Positions 60,501 to 64,000 of a stretch of 64,000 nt of DNA are shown one piece after another. How positions within the stretch are numbered: position 1 is the first letter of the stretch; the number at the start of each line of letters is the position of its first letter. The DNA comes from Eremomyces bilateralis CBS 781.70 (Eukaryota). Where the stretch lies: NCBI GenBank assembly GCA_010015585.1, contig ML975162.1, one strand, 5' to 3'. A program made the translations under genes and the position numbers. The notes under the pieces are model-generated. The model was not told the origin of the DNA and searched no databases. It was given only the letters and a program-made list of their open reading frames with translations.

Positions 60501-62520
60501 CCAGCTCGAGATCATCGCTATCTTCGTCGCTTAGGTTGCCTAGTTCGGCGAGCAGGTTCTGTCCGGGTTGACTTTGCGCGCTCTGCGTACTTGCAACGCT
60601 GGCAGGAGAATCGCGGTATGCGGGAGAATCGCGAATGGTGGCGAAGCTCTCTCGGGATTTCCGGAGACTGGGTCGGTTCATCTTGAGGCGATACCGTTGC
60701 TGGCTCTGCACTGGAGTCTTCAAAGCCGTGTCGTCGAATTCGTCGCCAGAGGTGGAGGCCGTGCTGAGGAATGAGGAACGGGTGCCAGCCTTCGTTGTCA
60801 GGAGCGGAGTGATTTTTCGATTGCGAGTAAAAGCTGCCAGTCCAGTTCCCGTCGTCTCGGTTTCGGTCAGGTCATCGGAGCTAGCGCCGTCCAAGGTCTC
60901 GACGCCGGTCTGGAATGCCTCCGTTTCGGTGCCCTCGCGCTCATTGGCGGTCTCGAAGGCTTCGGAGTGTTCGGTCGCGGTCTCGAAGTGATCCGTGGAG
61001 TCCTCACTAGCGGACTGTTTCGCGATGGATTTTCCTGGTCGGGTCGGAGATTCTTGGCCGTCGTGCTCTTCCCAATCAGGGTCATCCATGAGAATCTCTT
61101 CGCGAGTGCCCCTTGGAAGTCCAAGTCGATCAGGCCGAGCGGGTTTCTTGAACGCATCCACAGCGGGCTTGCGCTTCTTGCCGGTGCTATTGACGCCATT
61201 ATCGCCCCTGCGGACCTCAAGCTCGTCTCGTGCATCCTGGAGCATGCGCTTCAGCTCAATCTTTTCGGTCTTCTCCCGGTGGATGTTGTTCTTGAGATTC
61301 TGGATCATGCGGTACGCGTGATTGAGGGAGCTCTTGAGCGTTTCGCTCTCCAGGTGGCCATGTCTAGGAGTTGCCTTCGTCGGAGACGGCGGAGGAGAGT
61401 GATCGGGCGTGATTCGGCCAGGGGCGAGTTCTTCATTCTCTTCCAGTGCAGGGTTCTCTGACTCAGCTTGGTCTTGTCGAAGACGATACGCCATGGCCTT
61501 GGCAAGCTCTTGATTTTGGGACGTGAGCTCGTCAATCTTGCGCTGAAGCAGGCCTCTGTCTGATTCGACAAGATCGACATTTCGTCGTAGACCGGACAGC
61601 TCTGATTCATTCTGGCGCTTGGTGGTAGTAAGATCGTCGGACAGCTTTCCATTGACCTGCTTCAGTTCCTCGAGTTCCCTTTCGATCGCCGTGCGCTCCG
61701 ATCTAGCAATGTTCAGACCTTGGTTCAATTTCTGCTCCTTGTCTGCCGCCTCTTTTTGCGCCGCCATGTGCTCGTGCAATTGGGTTTCGAGGCTCCAGTT
61801 CTCATCCTTATACCGCTGCTCGCTTTCGTCCAAATTACGCACACGTTGCAGCAGACTATCTCGTTCAAGTTCGAGCTGGCTCCTTTCGCCCACGGCAGAT
61901 TTGAGAGCGTCATCTTTCTCAGCATACGCTGCTTGAAGCTCGCGAACTTGATTTAACAAGGAGCTGCTGATCTCTGTCGCAAGCTGGATATCATTTACTC
62001 GACTTGGGCCCTGGTTCCGTTGCTTTCGCGAGAGTGGAGCGTGGATCTTAGAGGGAGAATGTTGAGCTTCGGCGGAGTAGAGCGTTGAGGACCCATCCGT
62101 GGCAGATTCATTGCTCGGGACGCGCGATCGCGGGATAAATGCCCTCGCCGTTTCTTTTCCAACCTCGTTGTATTCTCGTTCCAACTCAATGAGCTTCTGC
62201 TTCAAATCCGGCCCAATTTCGGATTCCGCTTGATATTTGCCGACCTCCTTGAGCTGATCTGCCAGCTCATCTTTTTGGCTCGCAAGCACGGAGCCGAGCT
62301 GCGACGCTTCTTGTATCCGCCGTTCGGTTTCGGCAAGGTGCGCTTCGAGAGCCTTCTTGGCTTGCGATGGAGATCCGGTGGAGTACAGGGACATATATTG
62401 GTTGTCGAAGCCGGAGTAGCGGTGTCGTCGCGAATCGGGGAGCGGCGAAACGAATGGATCTGATTCTTTCAAATCAGTGCTCAGGAATGAACCCGACACT
62501 CGATTCGCGGCTGTCGCCAT
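57527..62520 (-). CDS. NUM1: Cortical nuclear-migration protein Num1/ApsA (exons 62520-57744, 57678-57527)
   Basis: N-terminal coiled coil, central tandem repeats, C-terminal Mcp5-type PH domain (TDPRMIQAITQTMIGEYLWKYTRK...RHRRFFWVHPYTRTLYWS) and LENVRACCDGKHDVGSL across the intron. Confidence 0.93.
59750..60330 (-). repeat. Coding minisatellite in NUM1, about 8 copies of a ~25-aa (75-bp) unit
   Basis: Units such as VPQFTSTSIQSVDTKPIEPEVIPMH / VPKLTSTIIRSVDTAPIEPEVMAVY / VPKLTSTTIQSVDTTPVEPEIAPVH. Confidence 0.9.
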
Positions 62521-63506
62521 CTTGATGTTCGACCGCGTATTAGATAGCCATATGGATGCTACACGTGTAAGGGGTTAAGGTAAAGAGCAGCTTAACCAAC
62601 AAAGTCGGGTCGTGTCGTAAATCTTCAACGCAGATAAATGACTGGTGGTAACAGACGCTATATCAATGAGCGAGCGACATCCACAGAAGCCAGGGAACTA
62701 AATATACTTGAAGTTTGGCAACAGACGGTTGTACGGGCGATAGAGGAATGTGTGGTGAGTGTCCTTGGTGCGGGAAGACTAGTGATCCAAATTCACTGAT
62801 AGCGATGATCTTCTCTACCTATTCACACCCCAAACACACGTGTAAACGAATTCAACACGAAGCGAAAGGACGACAAAATGCGCAGCGGGGGGGAGAAGAG
62901 GAGAATTGATTGATATCCGGGGATGAAGAGTCGGTGACGAACAGTTCAAGAGAGGGAAAGTTGTTGACAATCCGCACCGTTAGACGCGCATGGGAGGGTC
63001 CACTGGTCTGGCTCGTGATTGGCTCTCGCTAATTGGCATGCGGCAATGTTGTCCTGTTTAACTTTGCACGTATTTTCCCTTTCCTTGTCATTAATCTGCG
63101 CCTTTATCATCACAATGCACGCGTGTACCGCGAACCAGGTATGAAATAATATTGTCGAGCAGTTCCATCAATCCCTTCCTGAGAGTTGTGATATCCAGTC
63201 ATTCTTCATTATGTAACATATCACGGGCTCACCCTGCCCCCTGCCAGGCACTCCGTTTACATTGAGACACGTCCTGTCACTCCTGTGTGGAGATCCTGCT
63301 TGCATCTTGTCGTGTTTCACTGCATGGCATTACCATCTCCAAGTCAACAATGCATTTCATAAATTCATCATTCTAGCTCAGCATATTCGAAGTATTATCT
63401 TCTGGCCCCTGAATCGGGCAGGAAGAGCAATGGGATCGAACTTTGGGTGGCCAGAGACCTTGCTAGTCTGCACTCCCTGTCCGTTCGTGCCAGCACGTCA
63501 TTTCTA

Positions 63507-64000
63507 TTATCGTATGCCGTCTACACTTTCGCTATCGCGTGTTGTCGTGGGTTCGTGTATGCATTCTACGAGCCCTTCTCGGTCGTATGTTACCGGTACC
63601 ATATTTTCGCGGCCTTTCCATACTCCCACATTTCGGGCCTCGAACGCAGTGCCTATGACCGATTAGCTCTGCATCACTACGTATCTTGTAACCATGGCGG
63701 CTTACATTGTATCTGAAGCAATTCTTGCGAGTGCCACTCTCGCTGACGGTCTATTCCCATTCTGTAATATCTCTGCAGCCCGCCCACGCAAGCCGCGAGG
63801 CACGTATTGACTGCGAGGGTGAGAATGCCCACCCCTAAAATGAGACCGGCTGCTAGCACGTTAATCGCAGCGTATCCTTCATCTCGAGCCTTTTGCTGGT
63901 AGCACAGCTTCTTGAGGGAGTCATCGCCTCCGACAGAATCTTCACTCCCGTCAACAAGGCCAGCTCCGTCGGTATTCCACGGCCGGTTCCTGAAAGTGGC
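63507..64000 (-). CDS. 3' end of a conserved-looking fungal hypothetical membrane protein (intron 63653-63705); runs off the window
   Basis: Open frame from the window edge: LKKLCYQQKARDEGYAAINVLAAGLILGVGILTLAVN...REWHSQELLQIQ|CTAFEARNVGVWKGRENMVPVT...*. Canonical intron, one TM helix. Confidence 0.75.

Noticed and set aside
1..64000. CRISPR arrays, prokaryotic defence systems, rRNA/tRNA genes, intact transposons or a Starship captain
   Set aside because: The DNA is intron-containing fungal sequence. I saw no repeat-spacer array, cloverleaf, or RT, transposase or recombinase motifs by eye; tRNAscan-SE, Rfam and RepeatMasker would be needed to exclude short elements.

Overview
Eukaryotic DNA from a filamentous ascomycete (Pezizomycotina-type). 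Genes carry short GT-AG introns with CTRAC-like branch points, so the six-frame ORF track fragments most of them; I rebuilt exon structures by hand. I can support about 25 protein-coding genes. Recognisable ones are SRO7 (3' end), ARO8, OST2/DAD1, a TMEM14-family gene, FUN30, VMA21, a DUF2406 gene, a PTH11-like membrane protein, a divergent DUF6594-like gene, an F-box/JmjC gene, eIF4A, an FAH-family hydrolase, a PWI/SR splicing factor, a BTB gene, CSN12, RPL20, an enoyl-CoA hydratase, an HpcH/HpaI aldolase, a LaeA/TAM-like methyltransferase and NUM1/apsA. The rest are orphans or conserved hypotheticals. A gene-poor accessory block (~13.0-30.0 kb) interrupts the housekeeping genes; it holds a 1281-aa intronless orphan and what look like decayed gene remnants. 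I saw no rRNA, tRNA, CRISPR array or intact transposon, and no clearly new multi-gene system. The best leads are a broken splice acceptor in the PTH11-like gene, an alternative or poison-exon 3' end in the PWI splicing factor, the large orphan, and a recurring C-rich-5'/G-rich-3' polarity within genes. Family names come from recognising motifs by eye, not from database searches.
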